A DNA stretch of 63,939 nt, the filler included, from an uncultured Myxococcia bacterium (GTDB lineage: Bacteria > CAZTWC01): assembly GCA_964617105.1 (NCBI GenBank). It is 3 parts of 3 records of this genome, joined end to end, with 100 filler letters (N's around TTAATTAATTAA, not from the genome) between each part and the next. Parts side by side here need not be neighbours in the genome. Positions count along the whole stretch, not along the records: positions 22,340 to 44,087 come from CAZTWC010000029.1; 2 more parts are not named here. One strand, given 5' to 3'. Position numbers and translations under genes: made by a program. The notes under the pieces were generated by a model, which saw only the letters and a list, made by a program, of their open reading frames with translations, did no database searches and was not told where the DNA came from. Within the stretch, counting starts at the first letter, position 1. Every line of letters begins with the position of its first letter. Positions 33,774 through 44,032 of the stretch are shown piece by piece.

Positions 33774-34900
33774 TTGGCGATATTGATAATTTCCTCAGCC
33801 CCCACCCGGGCTGATTGGTTGAAACAAAATATATATTGGCGGCGTAACTCAGTGATATGCTGCTGATACTCTTTCTGTCCGGCAATCAGTTTGTCGATTT
33901 CTTTTGGAATCGAATCAAGTTCCCGGGGTGGAACCACCGTACCTATTTGCTCTCGAATCGATAATTCAAACGGCTCTATCCCCAGATCCTGAAAGTTTTG
34001 ATTGCGTATCTTACGGGGCACATCCAAAAAGAGAACCGGCCGCTCAGTCCCCAGGGCATATTCCAGGGCTACACCGGAACAATCACAGATCATCACATCA
34101 GCTTTCAGTAAGGAGTCGTTAGTGGCAATCGAGCGCTCCAGGGTAAAATCCGGGTGTTGATTGAACTTGCCGGCCAAATGGTCCAGCATCTGGGGAGTCC
34201 GTTTTACTGTTTCAGGATGAGTCCGGACAATAACATTATAATTGGCGGACAAGAGCAGTTCCACCAATTTCTCGCCGCAGGATTCTAGAATATTCATCTT
34301 TCCCCAGGAGGGGGCGATTAATACTATTGGCTTGGACGAAGAAGCCGGATTATTTTGCTTAAACTGGGTGGATTGGCGATGAATTTTCTCTAACCGGTAA
34401 TAACCCCCTTTTACCAATCTTTTTTCCGGCAGTTTATGTCGCTTTTCCCAGGCACGGATCTCCTCCACCTGGAATGGTCCTACACACAAGATAGTGTCGT
34501 AATAATCAAAGGCTCCTGGCAAATACATCATGTGAGTGCTAACCATGGAGTGAAAGATATAAAGATAATGGACCTGGTTGATGGAACGTTTTAAATGATA
34601 CTGATGCAAATCGGAGAGGGTCATTACAAATACTTTGCAATTGATAAAAATCATCAAAAAGGGGAGCAATTTATTTAGGTAAAATGTCTTTATGGCCGGT
34701 GTCCGGTTTTCCCGGATGGGGTCGTTAAAATCAGAAGTGATATAGCAGATGGTTTTTTGTCTGGAGATTAGTTCCTCAATAATACCGGCATAGTTGGGAT
34801 AATAACCACCATGTTCAGAGTAAAAAACTATCTCTTTATCTTTTTTTCCGGTTCGCCAAAAAAAACGAAAAAAGTCTTTAAGTTCCAATAAAAATTTCAT
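33767..34900 (-). CDS. CDP-glycerol glycerophosphotransferase (TagB/TagF) family protein, probable CMP-phosphonate transferase
   Basis: IFHS, GYYRL, LIAPSWG, RTHP, ICDCSGVALEY motifs of the TagF family; directly after the phosphonate genes. Confidence 0.8.
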   Translation of the reverse strand: MKFLLELKDFFRFFWRTGKKDKEIVFYSEHGGYYPNYAGIIEELISRQKTICYITSDFNDPIRENRTPAIKTFYLNKLLPFLMIFINCKVFVMTLSDLHQYHLKRSINQVHYLYIFHSMVSTHMMYLPGAFDYYDTILCVGPFQVEEIRAWEKRHKLPEKRLVKGGYYRLEKIHRQSTQFKQNNPASSSKPIVLIAPSWGKMNILESCGEKLVELLLSANYNVIVRTHPETVKRTPQMLDHLAGKFNQHPDFTLERSIATNDSLLKADVMICDCSGVALEYALGTERPVLFLDVPRKIRNQNFQDLGIEPFELSIREQIGTVVPPRELDSIPKEIDKLIAGQKEYQQHITELRRQYIFCFNQSARVGAEEIINIANW

Positions 34901-34987
34901 AACGCCAATGCTCTAAGATTCGTCAAACTGTCATCCTTTTTGTGCAATCCGAACTATGTGGAGAAAAAAAATATACCACTGATTGCT

Positions 34988-36136
34988 CTATGGATAGAAA
35001 CTTTTTAACCACGCTGTTATCTGTGGTTTCTCCACCCGGCGGGGATTATTTTTAACTCTTTGTAGATTTATCTTGCCGGTAATCAATTCAAGGTCATTTT
35101 TTTTAATAGATAATTTCGCCGGGTTAGACTCCAGATTGATAGTTTCCATTAAAAGTAATATTTTTTCATGGGCTTCTTGGGCGCTGGCAGCCCCCAGCAG
35201 TTGAAATAACTGTTGCATCTGCTGTTTAACAAAATTGACGCCCTGTTTATGCTGCACATCATTTTCCGTGACCCCGGCATTGTAAAGAATAAACAGAGGT
35301 ATGGTAAGAGCGACCGCATGGCCGTGAGGAATATTGAAATAGGAAGTAAAAGCATAGGATAGGGCATGAGGCGCGGTGGTTTTGGTAATATTAATGGCCC
35401 GGCCGGCCAGGTTGCTGGCCAGAAGCATCTTGTCCCGGCAAGATTTATCCTGGTCCCTGACCGCCCCGACAATATTGGCAATAGCCAATTGAATAGCCTG
35501 GCGGCTATAGTTCTCTGACTCGGCTGTTGCATTTACCGACCAAAATGATTCAATCCCCTGGCATAATGCATCCATACCAGTGCAGGAGGTGAGGTAAGGG
35601 GGAAGACTATCGGTGAGAAGCGGATCGAGAATGGCATAATCTGGCAACAATGAGGGGTGGGCGAAAGAGAATTTCTCTTTCTTAATATATACCACACAAA
35701 AATGGGTGGATTCACTGCCGGTTCCAGCGGTGGTAGGTATCATTATGGTGGGCACCCGCCCGGGCAATGGTGTTTTTTTACCGGTAATATACTTTTCAAT
35801 TTCACCTTTGCTGCCCAATTCTTGACCAGCCAGCAGAGCAATGGCCTTGGCATTGTCCAAAGCACTTCCCCCGCCAAATCCAATTACCAAATCGCAATGG
35901 TTTTGAATAAACCGGGCAACCCCTTTTTCGATATCATTAATTTTTGGATTGATCTCAAAATCGATAAAAGAGGTATGAGGATAATGGGTCAGGAGTTCAC
36001 CAAATAATCTCTCGGCACCGGAGAGGGTGAATGCCTGTTCGTCTTTGACCCAAAAAATATTTCCAGGCTGATATTTTTCTAAAATGACTGCCAGTTCCTG
36101 ATATTTTCCCCGGCCTTCAATTATTGTTTGTGTCAT
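34988..36136 (-). CDS. Phosphonoacetaldehyde reductase (group III Fe-containing alcohol dehydrogenase)
   Basis: GGGSALDNAK, IPTTAGTGSE, GMDALCQGIESFWS, AINITKTTAPHALSY, PHGHAV; follows the ppd gene. Confidence 0.88.
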   Translation of the reverse strand: MTQTIIEGRGKYQELAVILEKYQPGNIFWVKDEQAFTLSGAERLFGELLTHYPHTSFIDFEINPKINDIEKGVARFIQNHCDLVIGFGGGSALDNAKAIALLAGQELGSKGEIEKYITGKKTPLPGRVPTIMIPTTAGTGSESTHFCVVYIKKEKFSFAHPSLLPDYAILDPLLTDSLPPYLTSCTGMDALCQGIESFWSVNATAESENYSRQAIQLAIANIVGAVRDQDKSCRDKMLLASNLAGRAINITKTTAPHALSYAFTSYFNIPHGHAVALTIPLFILYNAGVTENDVQHKQGVNFVKQQMQQLFQLLGAASAQEAHEKILLLMETINLESNPAKLSIKKNDLELITGKINLQRVKNNPRRVEKPQITAWLKSFYP

Positions 36137-36181
36137 TTATGAATAACCCCGCAAAGCAGTAACCCCCCTTTTTCAAAGCGG

Positions 36182-37321
36182 TCATTTACTCAAGTTGTTC
36201 TTTAAGAAGGTCATATAATCCTGTTTGTTTTGCAAAGGTGTTCTGGTAGGCCGGCCTAAATCTTTTCTGGCCCCTTTTTTAAGTTTGATTTCCAGCAAGG
36301 CGGGGCCGGAGCATGCTTGCAAACGGCGCACCATCTCCGGCAACTCGGAATCGTTTTGTGCCTGTAATACCTCTCTGTAACCACAAGCCTTAGCAATGGT
36401 GGACAGATCAATATTAAAACCAACTGTAGGCTGTCCTCCCACCGAGTCATGAGAGCCGTTATTTAAAATTATATGTTTATAATTGGCAAGTGGCTTGCTG
36501 GCTATTATAGCCATGGCTCCCATATGCATAATAGCGGCGCCATCTCCATCCAGGCAATACACCTGCCGGTCCGGCTTTTGCAAAGCGATTCCCATAGCGA
36601 TTTGGGATGAGTGTCCCATAGAACCTACAGTTAAAAAATCCTTGGCATGACCCTGCTGCAATTGTTCCCGGTATTCGAACAACTCCCGAGAGGCTTTTCC
36701 GGTGGTGGATACCACGATATCTTCTGCTCCCAAACTATTGACAATGATCTTAATGGCCTCTTCCCTGGAAAGTTGAAAAGGCGATTCGGCTTTAGAGGTC
36801 AATTGATACTTGCTGAAAATACCACGGCGCGCCACCAGGGCATAGGGTTGGTGTTTTTCAGTTAAATATTCCACTGCCTTTTTAACTATTTCGCCAACCT
36901 GGTCAAACTCCTCGGGCAGCACTTGATATGGGATCTCCAGAGTATCCAGCATTTTCAAAGTTATCCGGCCCTGCATGAGATGCTGGGGTTCATCTTTTTT
37001 ACCAGGCTCACCTCGCCACCCCACCAACATTAACAGGGGCAAACTATATACATCTTTACTGGCTAGTGAAATCAACGGATTGGCAGCATTTCCCAGTCCC
37101 GAGTTTTGCAGATAAACCAGAGCGCTACTCCCAGTGGCCAAATGATAGCCGGCTGCTATACCAACAGCGTTGCCTTCGTTGGCGGCTATAACGTGCCGTC
37201 TATCCGGCAGGTTATCCAGCAGATAAGCGCAAAAATCTTTTAGGGTGGAATCGGGAACTCCGGTATAAAATTTAATACCTGCTTCAGAGAGCAAATTATA
37301 AAAAGATTGACAATCTAGCAT
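36182..37321 (-). CDS. aepY: Phosphonopyruvate decarboxylase
   Basis: TGVPDS, ANEGNA, YLQNSGLGN, DEPQH, GSMGH, DGDGA, HDSVGGQPT. Confidence 0.95.
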   Translation of the reverse strand: MLDCQSFYNLLSEAGIKFYTGVPDSTLKDFCAYLLDNLPDRRHVIAANEGNAVGIAAGYHLATGSSALVYLQNSGLGNAANPLISLASKDVYSLPLLMLVGWRGEPGKKDEPQHLMQGRITLKMLDTLEIPYQVLPEEFDQVGEIVKKAVEYLTEKHQPYALVARRGIFSKYQLTSKAESPFQLSREEAIKIIVNSLGAEDIVVSTTGKASRELFEYREQLQQGHAKDFLTVGSMGHSSQIAMGIALQKPDRQVYCLDGDGAAIMHMGAMAIIASKPLANYKHIILNNGSHDSVGGQPTVGFNIDLSTIAKACGYREVLQAQNDSELPEMVRRLQACSGPALLEIKLKKGARKDLGRPTRTPLQNKQDYMTFLKNNLSK

Positions 37322-37335
37322 TTTTATCCTTTCTG

Positions 37336-38634
37336 TCAGTCACTTCCCGGAATCAACCGAATTATATCTTTGATGGAACTACAGTATTGCCCGCACTCCA
37401 AACTTCTTTGGTTTTCCAATATTGATTCGGCGGTTTTTACCATAGCCGGATAAGCACTGCGCAAAAGATGATTGGCATATATAACCACATTGACACCAGC
37501 GTCTATTAACTCCTCTTCGGTTATATGGTTGTAAGTGGAGGGCACCACCACCAGGGGAACCCGCCGGGAAAACTGGTTAAACTGGTTACAAAACTCGAGA
37601 ATCTCAGTAGGTTCTTTTTGTTTGCTGTGGATCATGATTCCATCAGCACCGGATTGGATATAGGCGTTGGCCCTTTCCAGGGCATCGTCCATCCCTTTTT
37701 CCATGATCAAACTTTCGATTCTGGCAATGATCATAAAATGATCGGTCACCCGGGCATTTTTACCGACAACAATTTTATGGCAAAAGTTATCAATGGAATC
37801 TTGAGTCTGCTCAACCTCGGTGCCGAACAGAGAATTTTTTTTCAGACCGATTTTGTCTTCTATAATGGCGGCGGAAACCCCTAAGCGTTCCAAAGTTTTC
37901 ACTTTAAAAGCAAAATGCTCTGGAATCCCGCCGGTATCAGCGTCAAATATGATTGGTTTGGTGGTTACTTCCATAATATCGTTGATGGTATTGACCCGGG
38001 AAGTCATGTCAACGCACTCGATATCCGGTTTACCTTTGGCCACTGAATCGGTTAAACTGCTAAGCCACATACAATCAAACTCCCGGGTGATGCGGCCATC
38101 AACGGTTTTAACATTTTCTGCAATCAATCCGGTCAAGCCGTTGTGGGCTTCCAAAGCCCTGATCAGAGGCCTGGCGGACAACAGTCTTTTTAACCGTTTT
38201 AATCGGATATCGGGAGTGGTGCCGATCTCCTTGATCTTGGCATTCAGATAAGAGGATGAAATCCCCTGGGTATACGGGATCTCCTCAAGTTCTCCTCCCC
38301 ATTCTTTCAAGGTATCGATTACTCTTTGTCTAACCTGCTTTTGCACTCCTTCTTGCCAGTCGTCACCGTGAACCACCAGGTCAGGTTTTATTTTTAGCAA
38401 GTTAGGCACATAATCAAGGGTCTCCTGGGCAATTACTGTTTTTACTCCCTTTATATTCTCTACCACCATTTTACGATGTTTATAGTCCAGATATGGAAGC
38501 CGTTTATAACTGGCAATAGCTTTATCTGTGAGCAATCCAACTGTGACATCACCAAACTTGGCTGCATGTTGGATTATGTTCAAATGTCCATGATGGATGA
38601 TATCAGCACTCATTGCTACATATACTTTTTTCAT
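37336..38634 (-). CDS. aepX: Phosphoenolpyruvate mutase with N-terminal cytidylyltransferase domain
   Basis: DIIHHGH (HxGH) and HGDDW in the CT domain; [10 protein letters not shown] matches the PEP mutase EDKxxxxxNS motif. Confidence 0.96.
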   Translation of the reverse strand: MKKVYVAMSADIIHHGHLNIIQHAAKFGDVTVGLLTDKAIASYKRLPYLDYKHRKMVVENIKGVKTVIAQETLDYVPNLLKIKPDLVVHGDDWQEGVQKQVRQRVIDTLKEWGGELEEIPYTQGISSSYLNAKIKEIGTTPDIRLKRLKRLLSARPLIRALEAHNGLTGLIAENVKTVDGRITREFDCMWLSSLTDSVAKGKPDIECVDMTSRVNTINDIMEVTTKPIIFDADTGGIPEHFAFKVKTLERLGVSAAIIEDKIGLKKNSLFGTEVEQTQDSIDNFCHKIVVGKNARVTDHFMIIARIESLIMEKGMDDALERANAYIQSGADGIMIHSKQKEPTEILEFCNQFNQFSRRVPLVVVPSTYNHITEEELIDAGVNVVIYANHLLRSAYPAMVKTAESILENQRSLECGQYCSSIKDIIRLIPGSD

Positions 38635-38707
38635 TATCTTTCAAGCCTCTTTATTTTGTTGTTATTCGCCAGAATGATTATTTCTTATAACATCCGCAAC
38701 CGATTTT

Positions 38708-39604
38708 TCAAGCAGTTTTTCGCTTTCTTTGGATCAACCATTGCTCAAAAATCTGGCAGGTGTTGACCGTAGTCCAGTAAATTAACAGGCCAGACGGAAA
38801 AGCATAAAAGAGCAACACCATTACCAAAGGCATAATATAGATGGCCTTACTACCAGCTCCCCCTTTGCCCTTTTTGGGGGTGCCACTTTGGTTCATCATG
38901 TAACTCTGGATCAACTGTGCTGCCAGCATAAAAAAAGGGAGCAGATTGAAATGGCTGCCAATAATAGGTAAATCCAACCCCAGAGGAAAAAGATTTTCTG
39001 GGGTGGACAAATCGTTGATCCAGAGAAATTTCACTTCTTTAATCGCCATAGATTGACTCAGGATCTGGTAAAGAGCGATAAAAATAGGGAGTTGTACAAC
39101 CAGCCACAAACAACCCTTAAAAGAGGAGAAAGGGCTGAAGTTATGCTGTTTGTAAAGTTTCATGGTTTCTACATACCGTTTGTCGCCGTCCTGGTATTGT
39201 TTATTGATTTCATCTATAAAAGGTTTTAATTTAGCCTGCTGTTGTTTAAATAGTTTTTGTTGTCTTAAGCCGTACCGAGTAACAGGATAGGTTAAAAAGC
39301 GCAACAAAATGGCCAAAAAAATAATTGCCAGTCCCCAATTGCCCAATAAGAAGTAAATCCAATTTAGAAGATGCTTCAATGCCAGACACAGGGGGCGCAG
39401 CCAAAACCAGTAATTGTCCTCTGATTCAGCCTGGTTTGTTAGAGGTTGTACCTGTTCAACTGGCTGTTTGACCGGCTGAATCGTTTGGGTAATAAGTGAC
39501 AAATGGAGTAGGTTATCCCCGTTAATTTGAGCCTGGGCCGCCCATAGGGGAAAAATTAAAATAGCGGCGAATAAAAGCAGCAAAAGTTTTAGTTTGAACA
39601 TCAT
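38708..39604 (-). CDS. Short YidC/Oxa1-family membrane protein insertase paralog
   Basis: GNWGLAIIFLAILLR, GCLWLVVQLPIFIALY, FLWINDLS, FPSGLLIYW; 298 aa, lacks the large periplasmic P1 domain. Confidence 0.9.
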   Translation of the reverse strand: MMFKLKLLLLLFAAILIFPLWAAQAQINGDNLLHLSLITQTIQPVKQPVEQVQPLTNQAESEDNYWFWLRPLCLALKHLLNWIYFLLGNWGLAIIFLAILLRFLTYPVTRYGLRQQKLFKQQQAKLKPFIDEINKQYQDGDKRYVETMKLYKQHNFSPFSSFKGCLWLVVQLPIFIALYQILSQSMAIKEVKFLWINDLSTPENLFPLGLDLPIIGSHFNLLPFFMLAAQLIQSYMMNQSGTPKKGKGGAGSKAIYIMPLVMVLLFYAFPSGLLIYWTTVNTCQIFEQWLIQRKRKTA

Positions 39605-39669
39605 GATCTTGAAAAGAATGATAAGGATTAGGGATATCTTTTGTTGACAGGTTAGTTAACAATCAATTA

Positions 39670-39921
39670 TTATTTGTTTTTTAACAGGGGCGGGTCTGAA
39701 GATTCCTGCGGAATGGGTTTTCCCAAAAGTTTCATGAAAAAGAATTTTATCTTTCTCCAAAACAGTTTAACGGCCATGGCAATTCCCACTACAGCCGCCA
39801 AAACCGCCTGTAAAAGCATGGAGCCAGTTCCTGGATCGATGTAAGCGTGGGCCTTTAATGGAAAAGAGATGGTAACAACAACCATCAATAAGAATAGCAA
39901 AACTGTATTTAAAATATTCAT
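39670..39921 (-). CDS. Small membrane protein (83 aa): signal peptide + YIDPGTGS + TM helix + basic tail
   Basis: GGAG RBS before ATG 39921; AHA|Y signal-peptidase site; hydrophobic MLLQAVLAAVVGIAMAV then KLFWRKIK. Confidence 0.8.
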   Translation of the reverse strand: MNILNTVLLFLLMVVVTISFPLKAHAYIDPGTGSMLLQAVLAAVVGIAMAVKLFWRKIKFFFMKLLGKPIPQESSDPPLLKNK

Positions 39922-40008
39922 TTTATTACTCCAAAATAAGTCTTGGGTTAATTTTTGTAACAAAAGAAATATTTTATCATAAAATCAATATTATACCAAA
40001 CAAATAAA

Positions 40009-41037
40009 TTGAGGAAACCTGCGCCGGTGATAAGTATAATTATAGTCAGTTACAACAGCGGACAACATATTGGCAAGCTGCTGAATACTCTGTTGAGTCC
40101 TTCTTTCAGATACGGCGGTAAAAATATTGAAATTATCGTAGTTGACAATAATTCCACTGATAACAGCGTAAAAACTATCGAATCTTTTAGCAATCCACAT
40201 CTGCGGCTGGTAAAATCTCGGGAAAACCTGGGATTTGCCGGAGGGTGTAACCTGGGATACCAATATGCCCGGGGAGAGTTTATCGCCTTGTTAAATCCAG
40301 ATACCTCGCCCGCTCCTGCCTGGTTAAGTAACTTAATCAAATATGTTGACCTTAAAAAATATCAAAAGGTGGGAATTTTTGCATCTAAAATAATCAATGT
40401 GAACGCTGAAGAGCGGGTGATAGACAGCGCAGCTGACGGCTGTACAACTTTTGCCAAGGGGTTTAAACGGGGAGAGGGAGAGGAGATCTCAGCCTATAAC
40501 CGCTCTGAATACGTGTTTGGCGCCTGCGGGGCCGGCATGTTAATCAGGCGGCAACTCTTAGAAGATATTGGCTTTTTCGATGACTACATGTTCTTAATTC
40601 ACGAAGATACTGAATTTTGCCTGCGGGCCCAGATTAAGGGCTGGAAAGTATTTTATGTGGCAGAGGCGATTTTATATCATCAGGTAAGGAGTTCTATTGG
40701 CAACTTAAGCGATATGGCGGTTTATTACTCTTTACGAAATGCCGATTATACCTGGTTGAAACTGCTTCCCGCCAGGTTAATGGCTCGATTTATTCACGAA
40801 AAACTGCTCTTTGAATTGGGAAATATTCTATTTTTCCTGGTCAGGCATAAAAAAATAATTCCTTTTCTAAAAGCCAAAATTCACCTGCTCTATGACCTAC
40901 CTAAAATATTAAAGCGCCGCCGGGACTTTAAAAAACAGGTGGGAAAAATCGATGACGCCTATATGGCTACCATCTTGACCTCTGTCTTTGACCGAAAATT
41001 GCTGATGCAAAAGGTGACCAAACTTTTTAAAGGTTAA
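40009..41037 (+). CDS. Glycosyltransferase family 2 (WbbL/rhamnosyltransferase-like)
   Basis: ISIIIVSYN, VDNNSTD, NLGFAGGCN, LLNPD, HEDTE. Confidence 0.9.
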   Translation: MRKPAPVISIIIVSYNSGQHIGKLLNTLLSPSFRYGGKNIEIIVVDNNSTDNSVKTIESFSNPHLRLVKSRENLGFAGGCNLGYQYARGEFIALLNPDTSPAPAWLSNLIKYVDLKKYQKVGIFASKIINVNAEERVIDSAADGCTTFAKGFKRGEGEEISAYNRSEYVFGACGAGMLIRRQLLEDIGFFDDYMFLIHEDTEFCLRAQIKGWKVFYVAEAILYHQVRSSIGNLSDMAVYYSLRNADYTWLKLLPARLMARFIHEKLLFELGNILFFLVRHKKIIPFLKAKIHLLYDLPKILKRRRDFKKQVGKIDDAYMATILTSVFDRKLLMQKVTKLFKG

Positions 41038-41077
41038 GGGGGGGACTTGCGATCATCTATTCTTCTATGAACTGCAG

Positions 41078-42454
41078 TTATACAGTATAAAACATCTCTA
41101 CATCGTCAAGAACTTTTTTGTGTACCTGTTTTAATTCTTCTGGATTGTAATTGATTTTCGAGTTTGCTAAATATCTTGACATTTTTGCGTAATCAAAATC
41201 AGCGGGTGATATTCTGGAAAGGAAATTAGCAGTTTGTAAAACATAAAATTCTCCGGGTTTTTTTATTGGAGGTTCAGTTGCGTGATGCCTTAATACATGA
41301 AAAATAATTTTTTCTGAAAACTCCCAATTTAATAGAACTTCTGCGCCAATTTTTGTGTGCAGTAATTCCACTAATTCATCAAAATCAATTCCCGATTTTA
41401 CTGCATGCAAAAGTAGATCTTTCTTCCTAAATATTTGCTGAATAATAATCAATTTGCCAATATCATGTAATAGCCCGACATAATAGATATCCGCAGCATC
41501 GATAACTTCTTTGAATATTTTTCTGGAAAAATGAGTGGCCAATGAAGACGCAAGAGTAGCACAGATAAGAGAATGTTTATACAAGTCGTCCATCCATATT
41601 TTTAGGCTCTTATTTGTAGTTTTAAAAATATCTTTAATCCCAAGGGTAAAGACTATTTTTATTGTCTCCTTTAAACCAATACGAACTATTGCCTTTTTTA
41701 TATCAACTATTTCCCTGGATGATTTATAATATACACTGTTAGCAATTCTGGTAATTTTTGCCGCCAGAGTAAAGTTACGATTTATGACATTGGCTAATTT
41801 GGTAATATTAGGGTCTTTATCTCTTATAATATTTTGAACATGCTGTATTTCGGTGGGGATATTAAATAGTTTAAACTCCTTGTTATTTAATGTAATAAGA
41901 AGAGACTGAAATATCTTGTCAAAAATGCTCATTACAAACTTGTTTTGTTCTGCTTTCTTATGTTTTGTTTGGCAAAACCGGCAACAAATTGATTGCTTCA
42001 AAAGTATTTTTCGGCAGAACGGGCAAATTTTAAATATAGAGATATCTTGCGTATCTATTTCACCTCGGGCAGATTTAATAAAATAATAGAATAATAATTT
42101 TAATTTCTCGACTGAAAAAGGCTTTAGAATTGTGCAATCAGCGCCCATTTTTAAGGCCAATTCTTCTTTGTCTCTTTCATTATAGTTGACAGAAAAAAAG
42201 ATTGGAAGTGAGAAATAAAGAGATTTTTGCCGAATATTTTTTATAATTTCAAAACAATTATCAATATTTGATGATATAATTAAAAAACAGGTTGAAATGT
42301 TTGGCTCATTATGGATCGATTTCAAGATAGATGTTAAATTTTCATTAAAATTATTACCATCAGTAAATAGTGATAAATACGCCATATTTTTAAATTGAAG
42401 TTCAATAGCTTTACCAATAACATCACTGGCGTCGAGCAGAATAATTCTATACAT
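41078..42454 (-). CDS. Degenerate receiver-like domain + zinc ribbon + HDOD domain protein
   Basis: GADCTILKPF, CPFC...CRFC, ANSVYY, GLLHDIGK, RHH. Confidence 0.8.
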   Translation of the reverse strand: MYRIILLDASDVIGKAIELQFKNMAYLSLFTDGNNFNENLTSILKSIHNEPNISTCFLIISSNIDNCFEIIKNIRQKSLYFSLPIFFSVNYNERDKEELALKMGADCTILKPFSVEKLKLLFYYFIKSARGEIDTQDISIFKICPFCRKILLKQSICCRFCQTKHKKAEQNKFVMSIFDKIFQSLLITLNNKEFKLFNIPTEIQHVQNIIRDKDPNITKLANVINRNFTLAAKITRIANSVYYKSSREIVDIKKAIVRIGLKETIKIVFTLGIKDIFKTTNKSLKIWMDDLYKHSLICATLASSLATHFSRKIFKEVIDAADIYYVGLLHDIGKLIIIQQIFRKKDLLLHAVKSGIDFDELVELLHTKIGAEVLLNWEFSEKIIFHVLRHHATEPPIKKPGEFYVLQTANFLSRISPADFDYAKMSRYLANSKINYNPEELKQVHKKVLDDVEMFYTV

Positions 42455-42459
42455 AATAA

Positions 42460-43647
42460 CTAAATTTTTTTTATTTTCCTAAGTTCTTCAATCAGATAAG
42501 CGCTAATACCATTAGATAGCAGTAAATCCACCTTTTCTTGAGAGGTTAAATTTTGTTTGCCTTTAAGCACAGTCTGGATATTTTCTTTATGTTCTTGATA
42601 ATATTCTTCAAATATCGTTTCTTTTCGTGAGCGGGCTAGTTGATTAATATTTTTTGTTTTTGAACCACCTGTGCTTGGATTCTTTTTGAGCAGATTGTCG
42701 ATAAATAAAAGTGATTTATCATATGCTTTGATCCGGTAGTTAATATCTGCAATTAAAAACAAAAGTTGGTTAATGCTTTCTTGCTTTTGATCCATAGGCT
42801 GGTTTTTGCTGGTCTCTTCATAATAAAAGGCTGCGCGCTCTAGAAAACCCTCTTCTTGACAAGGGACTTCCTCCCAAATTTCAGCAAGTCCTTTAAAAAA
42901 ACTGTCTAGATCGACTTCCTTCTGATTGCTACCCTCTTTTTTTTCAGACTGAATATTTTTCAATAAAAGCCGTATTGAATCCACCTGTTCAATAATAGAT
43001 TTAGCCACTTTATTATAAACTTTTGGCTCATCGCTGGCCATTTCAGAGATAGTTTTTTTTACCGACCTTAAATGAATTGAAAGAAGTTCGTGCTTTTCAC
43101 TTTTCTTTTTCTCTGCATCCATTCTGGAATCGTCCATTGTCCCTTCACAAATGCCCGATGCTTCTCTTAAAAGCCAGGCAGTTCGCAAATATAGGCGGCC
43201 CATTTCAAGAACTTCTATATCTTTTAATTCAAGCAATTCTTCTTTAAGATAAATCGCCATCAAATGATAACAAAGAGTTGATAACAGATCCATGTTTTTG
43301 GGGTTAATCTGTTTTTTGAGATATTCCATGACAATATTGTTGGTATAGTCCTTGGCAAATAAACGTTGTCTGAACTTATCTATTTTTCTAGAGCCATCAC
43401 CTTGAAAAATGCTGGGAATATCTGTGTAAGAGCAATGGGGACAATGCCACAGAAAATACCACTGGGGATTTATCGAATCGTACCCCTTGGCCAGGCATTT
43501 ATATTTGGTAACATGCAAATCGACTTCTTTTTCCTGGGGGATAAAGAGATCATTGTTTAATATATTTTGATTGGACCAGCGGTAACAAAAAGGACAAGAC
43601 ACTTTTTCTATTGCAAAAGGGTCTTTGTGTTTACTAATTAAACTCAT
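42460..43647 (-). CDS. DUF2225-like Zn-binding protein with inserted helical region
   Basis: CPFC, INPQWYFLWHCPHCSY, LYLRTAWLLR, AAFYYEE. Confidence 0.7.
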   Translation of the reverse strand: MSLISKHKDPFAIEKVSCPFCYRWSNQNILNNDLFIPQEKEVDLHVTKYKCLAKGYDSINPQWYFLWHCPHCSYTDIPSIFQGDGSRKIDKFRQRLFAKDYTNNIVMEYLKKQINPKNMDLLSTLCYHLMAIYLKEELLELKDIEVLEMGRLYLRTAWLLREASGICEGTMDDSRMDAEKKKSEKHELLSIHLRSVKKTISEMASDEPKVYNKVAKSIIEQVDSIRLLLKNIQSEKKEGSNQKEVDLDSFFKGLAEIWEEVPCQEEGFLERAAFYYEETSKNQPMDQKQESINQLLFLIADINYRIKAYDKSLLFIDNLLKKNPSTGGSKTKNINQLARSRKETIFEEYYQEHKENIQTVLKGKQNLTSQEKVDLLLSNGISAYLIEELRKIKKI

Positions 43648-44032
43648 ATTATATTTTTTAACTCTTCTAAATGTAATTTAAGTTCATCTACGAGCCCTAG
43701 GGCATCCATTGCTCCCAGGTTTATTGTACATAAGGTCTCCTCTTCATCATCGATTTCAAAATCATCCAGAGGCGGATAACCTTCACCAATAGCGTGACAG
43801 AGTTTATTGGCCAAATATACAACATAAGCCATTTCCCTAGAATGAACCGCTTTATCCGGAGTGTGATGAAACCCGGCGATTGATAAAAATTCTGGCGGAA
43901 ATTTCATGTTTTTCAGAATAATCACCCCCACCTTTTCATGAAAAGGGTCAAGGATCTCTGCTACAACATCTCTCGGAAACTCAGAAAACAAATCCGTATC
44001 TTTTTGTGGTAATAACTGGGCTAAAGATAGTT
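43644..44032 (-). pseudogene. 3' fragment of an HDOD-domain gene interrupted by an IS
   Basis: KLSLAQLL...HEKVG...FHHTP...LANKL is the part of HDOD after the HDIG motif; the upstream sequence is an IS3-like end. Confidence 0.7.
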
